DNA of 64,000 nt from Deltaproteobacteria bacterium (GCA_033763315.1 JANRKS010000016.1:160001-224000), one strand, 5' to 3'. Shown: positions 1 to 9,696, numbered from the stretch's first letter. The notes: generated by a model not told the origin, from the sequence alone. A program made the numbers and translations.

Positions 1-580
1 CACTGAGAATGCGCGCGTCATTGGGCAAGGTAAAGGACCGACGCAACCACCGCTTCGCGGCCGGCGCCGCCACGGCGGGATCGCCTTCGGGGTACCAAAT
101 CCAAAACAAACCTTCCTTCTGCACGGGCAGGGGACCGTCGGTCGGCGGCGGGCCAGACACAAAGTCGCCCTGCCAATCCTTGGCGTCCAAAAGCCCCATC
201 TCCCACCACGCCGTGTGGCTCACGGCCGACCGGCCTTGGTTGTCCCACACCTGAACGCTCCAGTGAACGCGCTCGGCGGATCGCAGTTCTTTGCCTGCGT
301 AATCAACAAACACCGAATTGCTTTGAGATACCTTTCCTGAGTCCCAAAGGTTTCCGCGGGCACTCCACGCGCGCAGCCGGTATGCCACCTGCGTTACATC
401 GGGGGTTGCCGATCGCAACTGCCACGACAGGCGCGGCTTCGTGTTGTCGATGCCGAGTGGGTTGTTCTTGTAGTCGCAAGTTAACCGTACGACTTCAAGT
501 CGTCCGCGTGCGTGAGACTGGGGTGCGCGCACGAACGAAGACAAGATTACAGCGAGGAAGGTGAAGTGGAATGCTTTCAT
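1..580 (-). CDS. Alpha-L-rhamnosidase (GH78 family), secreted; 5' part only, runs off the window edge
   Basis: Not in the ORF track; translated by hand from ATG at 580 (GGAG upstream): MKAFHFTFLAVILSSFVRAPQSHA...LTCDYKNNPLGIDNTKPRLSWQL...LWDSGKV...YAGKELRS...WSVQVWD...WWEMGLL...WIWYPEG...LRRSFTLP, the typical GH78 N-terminal module. Confidence 0.85.
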   Translation of the reverse strand, partial: MKAFHFTFLAVILSSFVRAPQSHARGRLEVVRLTCDYKNNPLGIDNTKPRLSWQLRSATPDVTQVAYRLRAWSARGNLWDSGKVSQSNSVFVDYAGKELRSAERVHWSVQVWDNQGRSAVSHTAWWEMGLLDAKDWQGDFVSGPPPTDGPLPVQKEGLFWIWYPEGDPAVAAPAAKRWLRRSFTLPNDARILS

Positions 581-837
581 GTGGCGCTCCAACGCTAGCT
601 GGTGCAACCAACATCGCCCCTCGTCAATTTATGCAAATCGGTTCCGTCCGTGCGAGAGGCGTGACCTAGATTCCAGAAAATCGCGGCCGCAGGTTTTGCA
701 AAGCGTCTCGGTATTTCAGGCAAGTTCTTTGGTTCTTCTAGAGGACGGCGAAGGCAAGCAGGCAAGCTAAACTAGCAACTGCTTTGGCCCACGGCAGTTT
801 TGTGGGCTACCTGCCCTTTCGCCACGAGGTTGTTTGC

Positions 838-1788
838 ATGCAGTACGGCTCACACCAGGTGACGGTGGTTCCATTCCTTTGTTCGATGCTGATGGCATGC
901 CAAGCCCAATTGGCCACAACGGACGACGTCGAACCAAACGAAGACGACCCAGCGGGCGACGAAGAAAGGGAGGAGGATGCGTGGGAAGGCCAGGCGGTCG
1001 CCCCAAACGCCGCGGGAGGCGGGACGCCTATCGTCACACACGATGCCGGTTCGCCAACACCAAGGGAAGAGATACCTGCCTTGGATGCGGCGGCTCCGGA
1101 TGCGTTTTTGGCACCTGCCGGGTACGTAAGAACAGCGGTGGGCGTTGGCTACGGTGGCATTCGGATCACATCATTTGATGGCGGTCGCACGTGGTCTAAA
1201 ACGGGTGAAGTGGAGGCCAACGGGGGCGATGACACGAACCTCATCCGTGCCGTCACGTGGGGAAAGAACCTGTGGATTGCCGGCGGCTGGGGCAAGTGGT
1301 GGGTTTCGGCTACAGGACGCGATTGGCAAATGAAGCCGCATAAGTTCGGCATCATTCAAGGGATGGCATTCGGCAACGACATCTTCATGGCAACCGAGAT
1401 GGACGGCCGTGTCCATACATCACGTGACGGGGAAACATGGACAACCCTAGGTAACGTGGGCGTGGGCAACCACGCACGGCTTGTGTTCGGCAATGGGCTG
1501 TTCGCGGCCTCGGGTGATTCGGGGGCCACGATGACATCGAAGGACGGCGTGAGTTGGCAACGCCTTTCCGTACCGAACGTTGTCGCGTTCTGTGACGGCC
1601 AGTTCAAGAGCAACCGCGATTGTTATGGCGAAACGTACAACGCCGGGATCTGGACAGAAGGTCTGTGGCTGAAGATCGGCGGTGGCGGCGTGTTGTTTTC
1701 AGAAACGGGACAAAAGTGGGTTTTGGCGCACCGTCTCGTCGGAAACGCAATTGATGACCTAGCCGTGGGATGGTCTAGACAGCCGTAA
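838..1788 (+). CDS. Lipoprotein with Asp-box (BNR)-repeat beta-propeller
   Basis: GAGGT RBS before ATG 838; lipobox LMAC; acidic/Pro linker; repeats TSFDGGRTW, SATGRDW, TSRDGETW, TSKDGVSW, SETGQKW. Confidence 0.7.
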   Translation: MQYGSHQVTVVPFLCSMLMACQAQLATTDDVEPNEDDPAGDEEREEDAWEGQAVAPNAAGGGTPIVTHDAGSPTPREEIPALDAAAPDAFLAPAGYVRTAVGVGYGGIRITSFDGGRTWSKTGEVEANGGDDTNLIRAVTWGKNLWIAGGWGKWWVSATGRDWQMKPHKFGIIQGMAFGNDIFMATEMDGRVHTSRDGETWTTLGNVGVGNHARLVFGNGLFAASGDSGATMTSKDGVSWQRLSVPNVVAFCDGQFKSNRDCYGETYNAGIWTEGLWLKIGGGGVLFSETGQKWVLAHRLVGNAIDDLAVGWSRQP

Positions 1789-1961
1789 AAACGCGCGGGC
1801 GGAACACGTCGGGGCTCACAAACACCATCGAGCTCGCCCCCGCAAAGTAGGCGTGCGCGCACGCATCTGTGGGTGAGATACGTCTGCCTCCGCAATTCGC
1901 GCAGTAGATTGCGCGTGTAAGAAGCATTATCGCAACGGGGGAGGCGTGTTAGCTGCAAAGG

Positions 1962-2939
1962 ATGGCGAAGTGCAGTTCAGTAAGCGCAAATCCGATCGCA
2001 GTTTCCTTTAGCGTCCTCTTGGCAATGGCTTTGGCAACGGCCTGCCAATCGAGCTCCGATGAGGGCTCGTCCAAAGGGGGAGAAGGGGGTGAGTCCACGG
2101 GCGGCGGTGGCAAAGGAGGTGCTGGTGGAAAGCAAGGCTCGGGGGGAACGGGTGGCAAGGGTGGTGTCGGCGGCACCCCCGCGCAAGGTGGCTCGTCCGC
2201 GGGCGCCGCTGGTAGTTCTTCAGGAGGAAGCGGAGGGGGAGGAGGAAGCGCATCTGGCGGTTCTGGGGGCGTTGCGGGTACGGGCGGTGCCGCGGGCGCG
2301 CCTGCACAAGGGGGATCGGCAGGCACGCCGCCCGCCATCTCTGGGCCAGGTGTGTTCTTCTCCGGGCGCGACATGACAGTGACCAAACTGCAAGCCAGCG
2401 ATGCAGGGCCTGGCTACTTTTACGCCGTCCCGAACGTGCCGCTTGGTCCTCAGATCGTTGAGGTCAGCAGCCCCGAGTTGCCGATGGGCACCAAATATGC
2501 GGCGTCGTTTGCATTGATGGATCAAAGCGAAGGCAACTTCATTGTTGGGTGGAACTGGCGCCAGAACGACGGGCAAAAGTGGTCATGGTTTGACATGAGC
2601 GCTTACGCGGGCATCTCCATGTGGGTCAAGGCGGATAAGCTCATGGCGTTCAACTCGTTCTTGCTCTACGACCCATCGAACATTCTCACCACCGACGGCG
2701 GGGGCGGCACTTGCGCACAAGCGCCCTGTGCACCAATCCCCAACGGCACGCCGGTCGTTGTGCGGACGACGTGGACGCGCGTTGTACAGCGGTTCTCCGA
2801 GTTTGTGTCGGGCACGCCTGACCTAACAAAGCAAGGACGCGTTGACTTGCTTCAGTTGCGCTTGGGTGCAGGCCCAGGTGCAACCGTCTGGATCACCGGC
2901 ATTCAGCTTCTCAAGGAAAACGAACTGCCTCCTCTATAA
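1962..2939 (+). CDS. Lipoprotein with Gly-rich linker and CBM11/galactose-binding-like C-terminal domain
   Basis: Lipobox ATAC; long Gly/Ser linker; FDMSAYAGISMWVKA and TTWTRVVQRFSEF...VWITGIQL jelly-roll pattern. Confidence 0.6.
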   Translation: MAKCSSVSANPIAVSFSVLLAMALATACQSSSDEGSSKGGEGGESTGGGGKGGAGGKQGSGGTGGKGGVGGTPAQGGSSAGAAGSSSGGSGGGGGSASGGSGGVAGTGGAAGAPAQGGSAGTPPAISGPGVFFSGRDMTVTKLQASDAGPGYFYAVPNVPLGPQIVEVSSPELPMGTKYAASFALMDQSEGNFIVGWNWRQNDGQKWSWFDMSAYAGISMWVKADKLMAFNSFLLYDPSNILTTDGGGGTCAQAPCAPIPNGTPVVVRTTWTRVVQRFSEFVSGTPDLTKQGRVDLLQLRLGAGPGATVWITGIQLLKENELPPL

Positions 2940-2991
2940 GCGTGCGGCTTTCATCTCTTGGGCGTATTGAAGCGCCAACCAGGAGTTCACC

Positions 2992-4044
2992 ATGCGTCGT
3001 TCTTTGGTCCTGTGGTTGGCAGCCGGCGTCGCCATCTTCGCCTGCACCTCTTCTCCCCGCACAGATAGCGAAGCTACGGGCGAAGAAGAGGCGGCGGGCG
3101 ATGGCGGCGAGATGGCGGGTGGCAGGGTGGATGATCCAGATTTCGCGAGCGGCGGCGGCACGAACGCGGCCGGCTCGGGTGGAATCAGGACCGAGCCCCC
3201 TTCGGCAGGGGCTTCAGGCGGTGTGGCCGCAGGCGGCGGAACATCCACAACATCCACAGGCGGACGAATGGCCGCGGGTGGCGCGGGAGGGTCTGGTTTG
3301 AGCTGCGCGGAGCTGTCGAATTGCGACAGCTTCGAGGCCTACGCCTCAGGCAGCCGGCCAGCGGGACCATGGACAGCGTTTGAGGTGAGCGGTGGCAGCT
3401 TGTCTGTGGACGAAACGCGCTCGTTCGGCACTGGCAAGAAGTCGCTGAAAATCTCGGTGTCGCCGGGGGGCGAAATGCTCGCGCGCATGCAACACAAAGG
3501 CACGGGCGTTCTGCCTGCCGAAAGCCTCTACATGCGGATGATGGTTTACATGGACGAAGCGCCTAAGGGCAGCGGCCATTGGAACTGGATGGGCGCCGAG
3601 GGCACGGTGGCTGCGAAGAGCGGCGGACGCCTCAGCAACGCATATGTCGGCAACGGGGGTAACCTCACAGGTGGCTCAACGTGGATGATCTACGCCGCAG
3701 GCGCCAACGGTGGCTTTCAAGATTGTTTTAGCGCGGCCTCCACCAAGCTCCCCACCAAACAATGGGCGTGCTTCGAGCTTTACCTAGACGCGAAGACCGA
3801 CCGCGCTTTGGCGTGGGTCAATGGCAAACCAGATGATCTACTATCAGTGGACGCTGCTGTTCCCCTTGCGGGCAACTGTGTGCCGGGCTTCGACTACACA
3901 AACGGGAAGTGGTTCATTCCTCGCCTGGAGAAGCTCTATTTCGGCTGGCGCATGTACCACACTCTGGCGGCGCCGGCTGCCGCATGGCTGGACGACATCG
4001 CCATCGGCACGACGCGCATCGGTTGCCCTGCGGCCCCCCGCTAG
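2992..4044 (+). CDS. Lipoprotein with Cip1-like / polysaccharide-lyase-like beta-sandwich domain
   Basis: AGGAG RBS; lipobox IFAC; CDSFE...LYMRMMVY...QWACFE...WLDDIAIGTTRIGC motifs. Confidence 0.65.
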   Translation: MRRSLVLWLAAGVAIFACTSSPRTDSEATGEEEAAGDGGEMAGGRVDDPDFASGGGTNAAGSGGIRTEPPSAGASGGVAAGGGTSTTSTGGRMAAGGAGGSGLSCAELSNCDSFEAYASGSRPAGPWTAFEVSGGSLSVDETRSFGTGKKSLKISVSPGGEMLARMQHKGTGVLPAESLYMRMMVYMDEAPKGSGHWNWMGAEGTVAAKSGGRLSNAYVGNGGNLTGGSTWMIYAAGANGGFQDCFSAASTKLPTKQWACFELYLDAKTDRALAWVNGKPDDLLSVDAAVPLAGNCVPGFDYTNGKWFIPRLEKLYFGWRMYHTLAAPAAAWLDDIAIGTTRIGCPAAPR

Positions 4045-4095
4045 GCGATTCGCGCATTCGCTTTTGGGCACGTGACGCGAGCCGTACGTCGATCC

Positions 4096-4398
4096 TCAAG
4101 GTGTGCCTTGATCCAAGAGCGATCTGGTGTCTCGCATCAGCTGCTCCAGTCCTTCTTCAATCTTTCGCACCCGCAGAACAAGTGAAGATGTTGGTGCAGT
4201 GGGTTCAACGACATCCTCTTTGCTGGCCGGCAAATCAAGTTCGCGGCGCCAGCGGTAAAGCAAACTTACGGGAATGTCGTAAGCACGCCCCACCGCTGAA
4301 ACCGAACCGTGCTGCTTAACAGCATCCGTTAACAAGAAGCGCTTCTGCTCGTTTGAAAGACGCCGGCGGCGCCCCGGCTGCAGCTTCAAGATTTTCAT
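4096..4398 (-). CDS. Transposase-type (IS3/IS66 OrfA-like) helix-turn-helix protein, orphan
   Basis: RRRRLSNEQK...SVSAVGRAYDIPVSLLYRWRRE HTH_Tnp_1 pattern plus C-terminal coiled coil; GGGAG RBS; no DDE gene nearby. Confidence 0.6.
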   Translation of the reverse strand: MKILKLQPGRRRRLSNEQKRFLLTDAVKQHGSVSAVGRAYDIPVSLLYRWRRELDLPASKEDVVEPTAPTSSLVLRVRKIEEGLEQLMRDTRSLLDQGTP

Positions 4399-4510
4399 TT
4401 TGGTCTATCTCCCACACAAGAGATACCTTACCCGCGCGCGCCACGGGCTACGTCATTCGTTCGCAAACAATTGCGTGAAGTGCGCAGAGTCAGGTCGAAC
4501 GAGCGTCGGG

Positions 4511-5932
4511 CTAGACGACGATGTCAGGCAGCACCCGCTTAGGAAGCCCCGCATCGCCGAAGTCATCAACCGGCGCACCACCTGGCTTGGTGACATCCGC
4601 AGCGGCCAAAAGCGCATTCATCAATTGGTTGTGCGAGACGCCACCGGCATCCATGAAGCGTCCTGTTTTCAGGCGCCCGTTCGCCGCCCCCAGGATGACG
4701 TATGGCAAGCTGCGTCCGTCGTGTGCACCGTTGGCAATTTGGTTGGTCCACACGGCAAAGCCACGATCCAAGAGTGAACCGTCGGGCGATGTGCTCGCAG
4801 CCAACTTGTCGCCCAGGTATCCAAACTGATCCATCAACAAGCGGTCAATGCGTGCATGAGTTTCCACGGCGTTGGGGATGGGATCACCATCTGAGCCGTC
4901 GCTCATCACGCGATGGGAAATCATGTGAAAGCTTGGCAAAGTGACGCCGTCCAGAACGAAACTTATGCCATCGTTGTTGTCGCCGACTTTAAGCGACGCT
5001 GATCGCGTGATGTCGCCCGCAAACGCGAACGCAATCAGATCCATATGCAGCCGCACCAGCGCGTCTCGATGGGCGTCCACGTGCACCTTAAGCCGCATGT
5101 TGGCGTCTTTACCATCCATCGCTTCCATTTCCTTTAAGGTCGTGGAAGGCAGGCCGGCCGTCATTCCCAATTCGATGTCACGAATCGCAGTAAAGTGCGC
5201 GTCAAGGCGTCGCTTGTCTTCTGCGCTAAGGTCGGCGCGGCTCTGCAGGCGTTTGATCTGGGAACGAACGAAATCGTTCACGCTCTTACGACGCGTGGCC
5301 ACCAACTTGAGCGCATCGGCGTTGCCGCCGGCCAAACCCACGATGCGCGTGTAAGCGGCCCATGGGCTTGAGTCCGGGCTATGCGGCTGCATGGGACCCT
5401 TGTATGAAACGTAGCCCGGGTTGCCATAACCCTTGCCGCCTGTGGAATTGCGGCCGGCGTGCAACACCAGCGGCCCACGACCGTTGGCATTCTTCTCGCG
5501 CGCGATGCGATGATCGATCGATTCACCTTGCGCCAAGCTGCTGGCCGGGCCGTCCTTGTCTTCAGAGCCCGGGGTTGCCGTCAGACATTGGTTGTCGCCC
5601 CACGTGTGCGAACACGCGCGTGGGCTCAGAAATGATTGGTTCACACCGCGGACCAACAACAGCTTGCTGGCGAAACGCGATAACCGCCCCGTGGCGCGGC
5701 TCTTGGCATCAGCCTCCAACTTGGCGGTGGTCAAAGCGCCGGTGGTCGACGGCCAAAACATCTCGGGCTCTTCACCTAAGTTTTGAACCACGCCGTTGCA
5801 GCCCACAACGAAAACCGCATACGTGGGCTTCGTGGCAGCCTTGGCTTTACCCTCGAAAATGTCTAGCGCGGGCAATGCCAACGTTGCGCCGGCCCATCCC
5901 CGCAAGACTTTACGACGGCTCACGGCTTTCAT
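4511..5932 (-). CDS. DUF1552 family protein, Tat-exported
   Basis: SRRKVLRG Tat motif; RRKSVNDFV, DKRRLDAHFTAIRDIE, FHMISH, GAHDGRSLPYVILG; ATGA overlap with the upstream DUF1592 gene. Confidence 0.85.
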   Translation of the reverse strand: MKAVSRRKVLRGWAGATLALPALDIFEGKAKAATKPTYAVFVVGCNGVVQNLGEEPEMFWPSTTGALTTAKLEADAKSRATGRLSRFASKLLLVRGVNQSFLSPRACSHTWGDNQCLTATPGSEDKDGPASSLAQGESIDHRIAREKNANGRGPLVLHAGRNSTGGKGYGNPGYVSYKGPMQPHSPDSSPWAAYTRIVGLAGGNADALKLVATRRKSVNDFVRSQIKRLQSRADLSAEDKRRLDAHFTAIRDIELGMTAGLPSTTLKEMEAMDGKDANMRLKVHVDAHRDALVRLHMDLIAFAFAGDITRSASLKVGDNNDGISFVLDGVTLPSFHMISHRVMSDGSDGDPIPNAVETHARIDRLLMDQFGYLGDKLAASTSPDGSLLDRGFAVWTNQIANGAHDGRSLPYVILGAANGRLKTGRFMDAGGVSHNQLMNALLAAADVTKPGGAPVDDFGDAGLPKRVLPDIVV

Positions 5933-7632
5933 GGAAGGTACCTCCGAAATGCGGGGTTGGTGACCAGGCTTGTCAATGACTCCTGCACACTCGTGCCAGC
6001 CAACGAATCATCAACCAACCGCTCCAAGGCAAGGCCATCGTCATCGCGTGCGCCACGCGCAAAGAGGTATTGCAACCAATTGCTCAGGTAACAAGCGTGA
6101 TAGTCGCTGCTGCCCGCGAGCGCTTCAACAAGGTCGAGCCCGTTATCAAACGACACCTTGCCGCTTGCCAATTCTTCATACGCGCCCGAGGCATCCACAG
6201 GCGTGCCGCTGTCCGTGGTTCGCCAGCGCCCAATGGCGTCGTAGGACTCAAAGGCGTACCCCAAAGGGTTGATCAAGGTGGCGTGACAAGTGGCACCGCA
6301 GGTGCCTTTGCCGGTGTGTGCCTCAACGCGAGCTCGGTTGGTGCCACCGCCCATCGTGGGCACGGGCTTCACGTTGGCGGCAGGAGGCGGCAACGTCTTG
6401 CACAAAATCACCTCGCTTACGAACACACCTCGGTGAATTGGATCGGGATCTTTGGCGCCGGCGTTCTTCGCCAAAAAACCTAACTGTGTAAGCAGCCCCC
6501 GCCGTTGTTGTGGGTCTAGCGGTGCTTTTTGGAATGTGTTCGTAAACGTACCCGAAAGCCCGTAGATGGCCGCAAGCTTGGCGTTCACGAACGTCTCCGA
6601 CGAGGTGAGCAAATCCCGCGGCGTGCCTTGATTTGCGACGATGTGATCCAAGAACAGGCGCGCTTCCTCTTTCAGCAATGCAGGTGTTGCTGAGTCAAAC
6701 GCGGGGAAGGCCTTCACGTCCTTCTCGATTTGATCGAGGCCGGCGAGCCGGAAAAGCTGTTCGTGAAAGTGTGCCGCACTGGCCCTCGCCGCAGGGGTTT
6801 TCAAAAGTCGTTGGGCCTGCGTGCGGATGTGCTCGGCGTCCGTCAACTCTCCCGCACGCGCGGCGGCCAACAACTCATCGTCGGGCATCGTATCGGTCAG
6901 CGCAAAGGAAAGACGCGATGCCACTTCAAAGTTTGTGAGCGCGAAGCTGCCCGTGTTCTGGCCCTCTCCCAATTCCATTTTGTAAAGGAAAGCGGGCGAC
7001 TGCAGCACGGCACTGATCACAACCTCAAGGCCCGCATCAAATGCGTCGCGCCCTGTAATGAGGTTGGGTCCCTGCTTGAACAGGTTCCATAATTCGTCCA
7101 CCTCAGCGGCATCGACGGGCCGCCGGTAAGCCCGCTCTGCCAAGCTTCGAATCACCAAGCGCGCTTTCGCTTCGAGCGCTGTGGGTGAGTCTCGGGGCAT
7201 CAGCCGCATCTTTGCCACCGGATCGCCCACCACAAACGCAGCAATTGTTTCTGCGGCCCGTTCGTAGTCGCCTCTTAGGTCGAACGACACATCAAGCGCG
7301 CTGCCTGCGTTGTTATTGTCGAAACCCAAGACGGCGTCACGCTGCAAGGTCAAGCCTGCTGGTAACGCTTTCAACAGCAAAAGATCCTTCACAGCGTTTT
7401 GCCATTGAAAGTGCGTCAACCGCGCAAACCGCGCGCCAGACACAATCGCATCCGTTGAGCCCTCACTAGGCTCGAAGCTGGGGCTGCCCTTGCCAGCAGA
7501 ACCACCGCCACCGCCACCGCCACCATCGACCTGTTCGCCTCCACCGTGAGTGGTTATTTTTCCGGTGCACGCGGCTGCCGCCACGGCGATGGCAAACGAA
7601 CAAACAATCAATCGGAACTTTGGTGCTCGCAT
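5929..7632 (-). CDS. DUF1587/1595/1592/1588/1585 (PSD/PSCyt) domain lipoprotein
   Basis: GGAG RBS before ATG 7632; lipobox AAAC; RLTHFQWQNAVKDL, LQSPAFLY, EVASRLSF, DPIHRGVFV, CGATCH, NPLGYAFESYDAIGRWR. Confidence 0.85.
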   Translation of the reverse strand: MRAPKFRLIVCSFAIAVAAAACTGKITTHGGGEQVDGGGGGGGGSAGKGSPSFEPSEGSTDAIVSGARFARLTHFQWQNAVKDLLLLKALPAGLTLQRDAVLGFDNNNAGSALDVSFDLRGDYERAAETIAAFVVGDPVAKMRLMPRDSPTALEAKARLVIRSLAERAYRRPVDAAEVDELWNLFKQGPNLITGRDAFDAGLEVVISAVLQSPAFLYKMELGEGQNTGSFALTNFEVASRLSFALTDTMPDDELLAAARAGELTDAEHIRTQAQRLLKTPAARASAAHFHEQLFRLAGLDQIEKDVKAFPAFDSATPALLKEEARLFLDHIVANQGTPRDLLTSSETFVNAKLAAIYGLSGTFTNTFQKAPLDPQQRRGLLTQLGFLAKNAGAKDPDPIHRGVFVSEVILCKTLPPPAANVKPVPTMGGGTNRARVEAHTGKGTCGATCHATLINPLGYAFESYDAIGRWRTTDSGTPVDASGAYEELASGKVSFDNGLDLVEALAGSSDYHACYLSNWLQYLFARGARDDDGLALERLVDDSLAGTSVQESLTSLVTNPAFRRYLP

Positions 7633-7881
7633 CGCCTGAACTCCCTTGGCGGTAAGAACAAGGATTAACCATAGGTGCAATCACATGGCAAAGCACCGTC
7701 CTTACGAGCAAGTGTGCTTGCGTGAAATGCCTATCTCGAAGCGCACAAACATCCAAGGCTGCGCTCTTGCGATTAAGCAAAACCTGCAGCGGATGGCGCA
7801 CGAACAGACTAGCCGACCTTGTCGCACCGATGTGTGACGGTCGCTACAGTCAAGGTCGTGACTTACTTCCTAGGTAAAAAT

Positions 7882-8952
7882 GTGCGGTCGATTTTAGGTT
7901 CTTTCATTGTTGCAATCCTTTTGTTGGTTGCCGTGACCTGTGGCGGCCCGGACGAGCAACGCCCTGATGGCACAGAGGCGCCAGGCGCAGAGGCAGGCGC
8001 CCGAGGGGGCTCGTCGTCAACTGGGGGAACCACGCAGAACAGCGGCGGCAAAGGCGGCGCTTCGCAGACGGGCACGGGCGGAACCTCGATCGCAGGCAAT
8101 GCGGGTGCTTCCCAAGCTGGAGCTGGCGGCACGGGCACAGGTGGTACCTCCACGGCACCGGACGCAGGCGCATTGATCGACGCGCCTGCGCCGATGGACG
8201 CGGGCGCCCAGGCAGGAATAGGCGGCAGCACGAAGGTTGACGCGAGCGTGGTCGTGGATGCAGGCCTGCCACCACCCGATGCTGAGATCGTTCAAGATCC
8301 TCAGTTGGTGGCTTACTACCGCCTTGACGACGCCGTAGGTGCGGCCGGGCGCCCCGCGCAAGACTCATCGCTCACCGGCTCAGCTGGCTTATATACCGGC
8401 ATGACGTCCGGCCCCGTGCTCGTGCCAGGCCCCGCCAAGATCAAGTTTCCCAACGCCGGGGCGGCTCGGTTCACAAGCGCGCAACATCAGGCGGTCTTAG
8501 TGGCGCCCGCTCCCCTCGCCCTCCGTCCTGCCAAAAACATCACGGTATCTGCTTGGTACCGGACACTGTCATCGACCGAGGCCGAACTGTTTAGCATGGG
8601 CGACAGTTACGCTGTGAGGATCCAAGGCCAAGACGTTGTGTTCATCAAACGTGTTCCCGAGACCTGGGAGATCTGCACGGCCACAGCGGCAACGAACGAC
8701 GGCAACTGGCACCACGTGGCTGTGGCACAAAACGATTCAGCCATGTTTATTTTCATTGATGGCGCGCTTGCAGCGACTTGCGGGCAAGCGGCGCCCATCA
8801 CGTACGACTTAGGCATGGAATTTGTGATCGGTCGCCACGGAACAAGTGTGGGTCGCGCGCAATTCGAAGGCGATATTGATGACGTCCGGATCTACAACGC
8901 GGTCTTGTCGCCAGAGCGCATCGCCTCGCTCGCTTCGGGAAACGCCGAGTGA
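7882..8952 (+). CDS. LamG-like jellyroll lipoprotein
   Basis: Lipobox-like VTC; Gly/DAG linker; LVAYYRLDD, ITVSAW, WHHVAV, FEGDIDDVRIYNAVLS; start codon approximate. Confidence 0.8.
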   Translation: MRSILGSFIVAILLLVAVTCGGPDEQRPDGTEAPGAEAGARGGSSSTGGTTQNSGGKGGASQTGTGGTSIAGNAGASQAGAGGTGTGGTSTAPDAGALIDAPAPMDAGAQAGIGGSTKVDASVVVDAGLPPPDAEIVQDPQLVAYYRLDDAVGAAGRPAQDSSLTGSAGLYTGMTSGPVLVPGPAKIKFPNAGAARFTSAQHQAVLVAPAPLALRPAKNITVSAWYRTLSSTEAELFSMGDSYAVRIQGQDVVFIKRVPETWEICTATAATNDGNWHHVAVAQNDSAMFIFIDGALAATCGQAAPITYDLGMEFVIGRHGTSVGRAQFEGDIDDVRIYNAVLSPERIASLASGNAE

Positions 8953-8962
8953 ACGAGCGCCG

Positions 8963-9682
8963 CTAACGGTTGTTGCCACGATGACGGCCGCGGCCCGGGT
9001 GCCCATCACGACCACGGCCGGCGTCGCGGCGGGCGTCCAGGCCCCACAGCTCCAGCTGCGCGCGGGCGTTGGCCGCCAAGCTGCCATAGCGGAACGTGAC
9101 ACGGCGAACGAATCGAGCGCCGCCTGGCAAATCGATCACATAGTTGGTTGCCCCTGGGCGAAACGCGTAGCGCAGGTTGGGCGCGAATGACGTGCCATCC
9201 GTAAACTCAACCACCATATCGAAGATTTCGATGGGCGCGTGCTCGGCAACCATCGATAGCGCCACGTAAGCGCCGTCGTCACGTCCCACCGCGATGACGT
9301 CGCGATCAACCGAGCCGTCCACCCATCGTTCGCCAAGCTTGTCCCAATCGCTGTGTCGATCAAATTTGCGATCACGGCGGCTGTCTAGCCGGTCATCCGG
9401 ATAAGGCGCGGGTGCTGGTGCTGCCACCACAGGCGCAGGTGCGGGAGCAGGTGCCGCAGCCGCTGTGGCGGGAGAAGCCCGCCAAACGGTCGGAGCGGGG
9501 GCCGCAGGCTCAGAGGGCGTGCGGTGAACCAAAGGGGGCGGGGGCGGCGTATACGGCGCGGCCGGCGGCGCGGGCTGCGCCACCACCGGTTGCGGTTGAC
9601 CTGTGGCGGACGGAGTCGCGACCGCATGAAACGTACAACCTGCCACCACCCCACAACCCAACATCAGCAAAATCGGTTTCAT
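8963..9682 (-). CDS. Lipoprotein with Pro-rich linker and DUF2541/YaaI-like C-terminal domain
   Basis: Lipobox VAGC; WDKLGERWVDGSVDRDVIAVG...IDLPGGARFVRRVTFRY...LELWG. Confidence 0.6.
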   Translation of the reverse strand: MKPILLMLGCGVVAGCTFHAVATPSATGQPQPVVAQPAPPAAPYTPPPPPLVHRTPSEPAAPAPTVWRASPATAAAAPAPAPAPVVAAPAPAPYPDDRLDSRRDRKFDRHSDWDKLGERWVDGSVDRDVIAVGRDDGAYVALSMVAEHAPIEIFDMVVEFTDGTSFAPNLRYAFRPGATNYVIDLPGGARFVRRVTFRYGSLAANARAQLELWGLDARRDAGRGRDGHPGRGRHRGNNR

Positions 9683-9696
9683 GGCCCAGCCGCAAC

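Noticed and set aside
1942-1957. Sigma54-like AGGCGTG-TTAG-CTGCA
   Set aside because: The predicted TSS would fall downstream of the only plausible start (1962); may be chance
2060-2330. Gly-rich GGC/GGT repetitive tracts (also about 3100-3300, 8000-8230, 50780-50990, 51870-52090) as tandem repeat or CRISPR arrays
   Set aside because: Low-complexity coding linkers with no constant repeat unit or spacers
4096-4398. Intact insertion sequence
   Set aside because: Only an HTH ORF; no DDE transposase, terminal inverted repeats or target duplication seen
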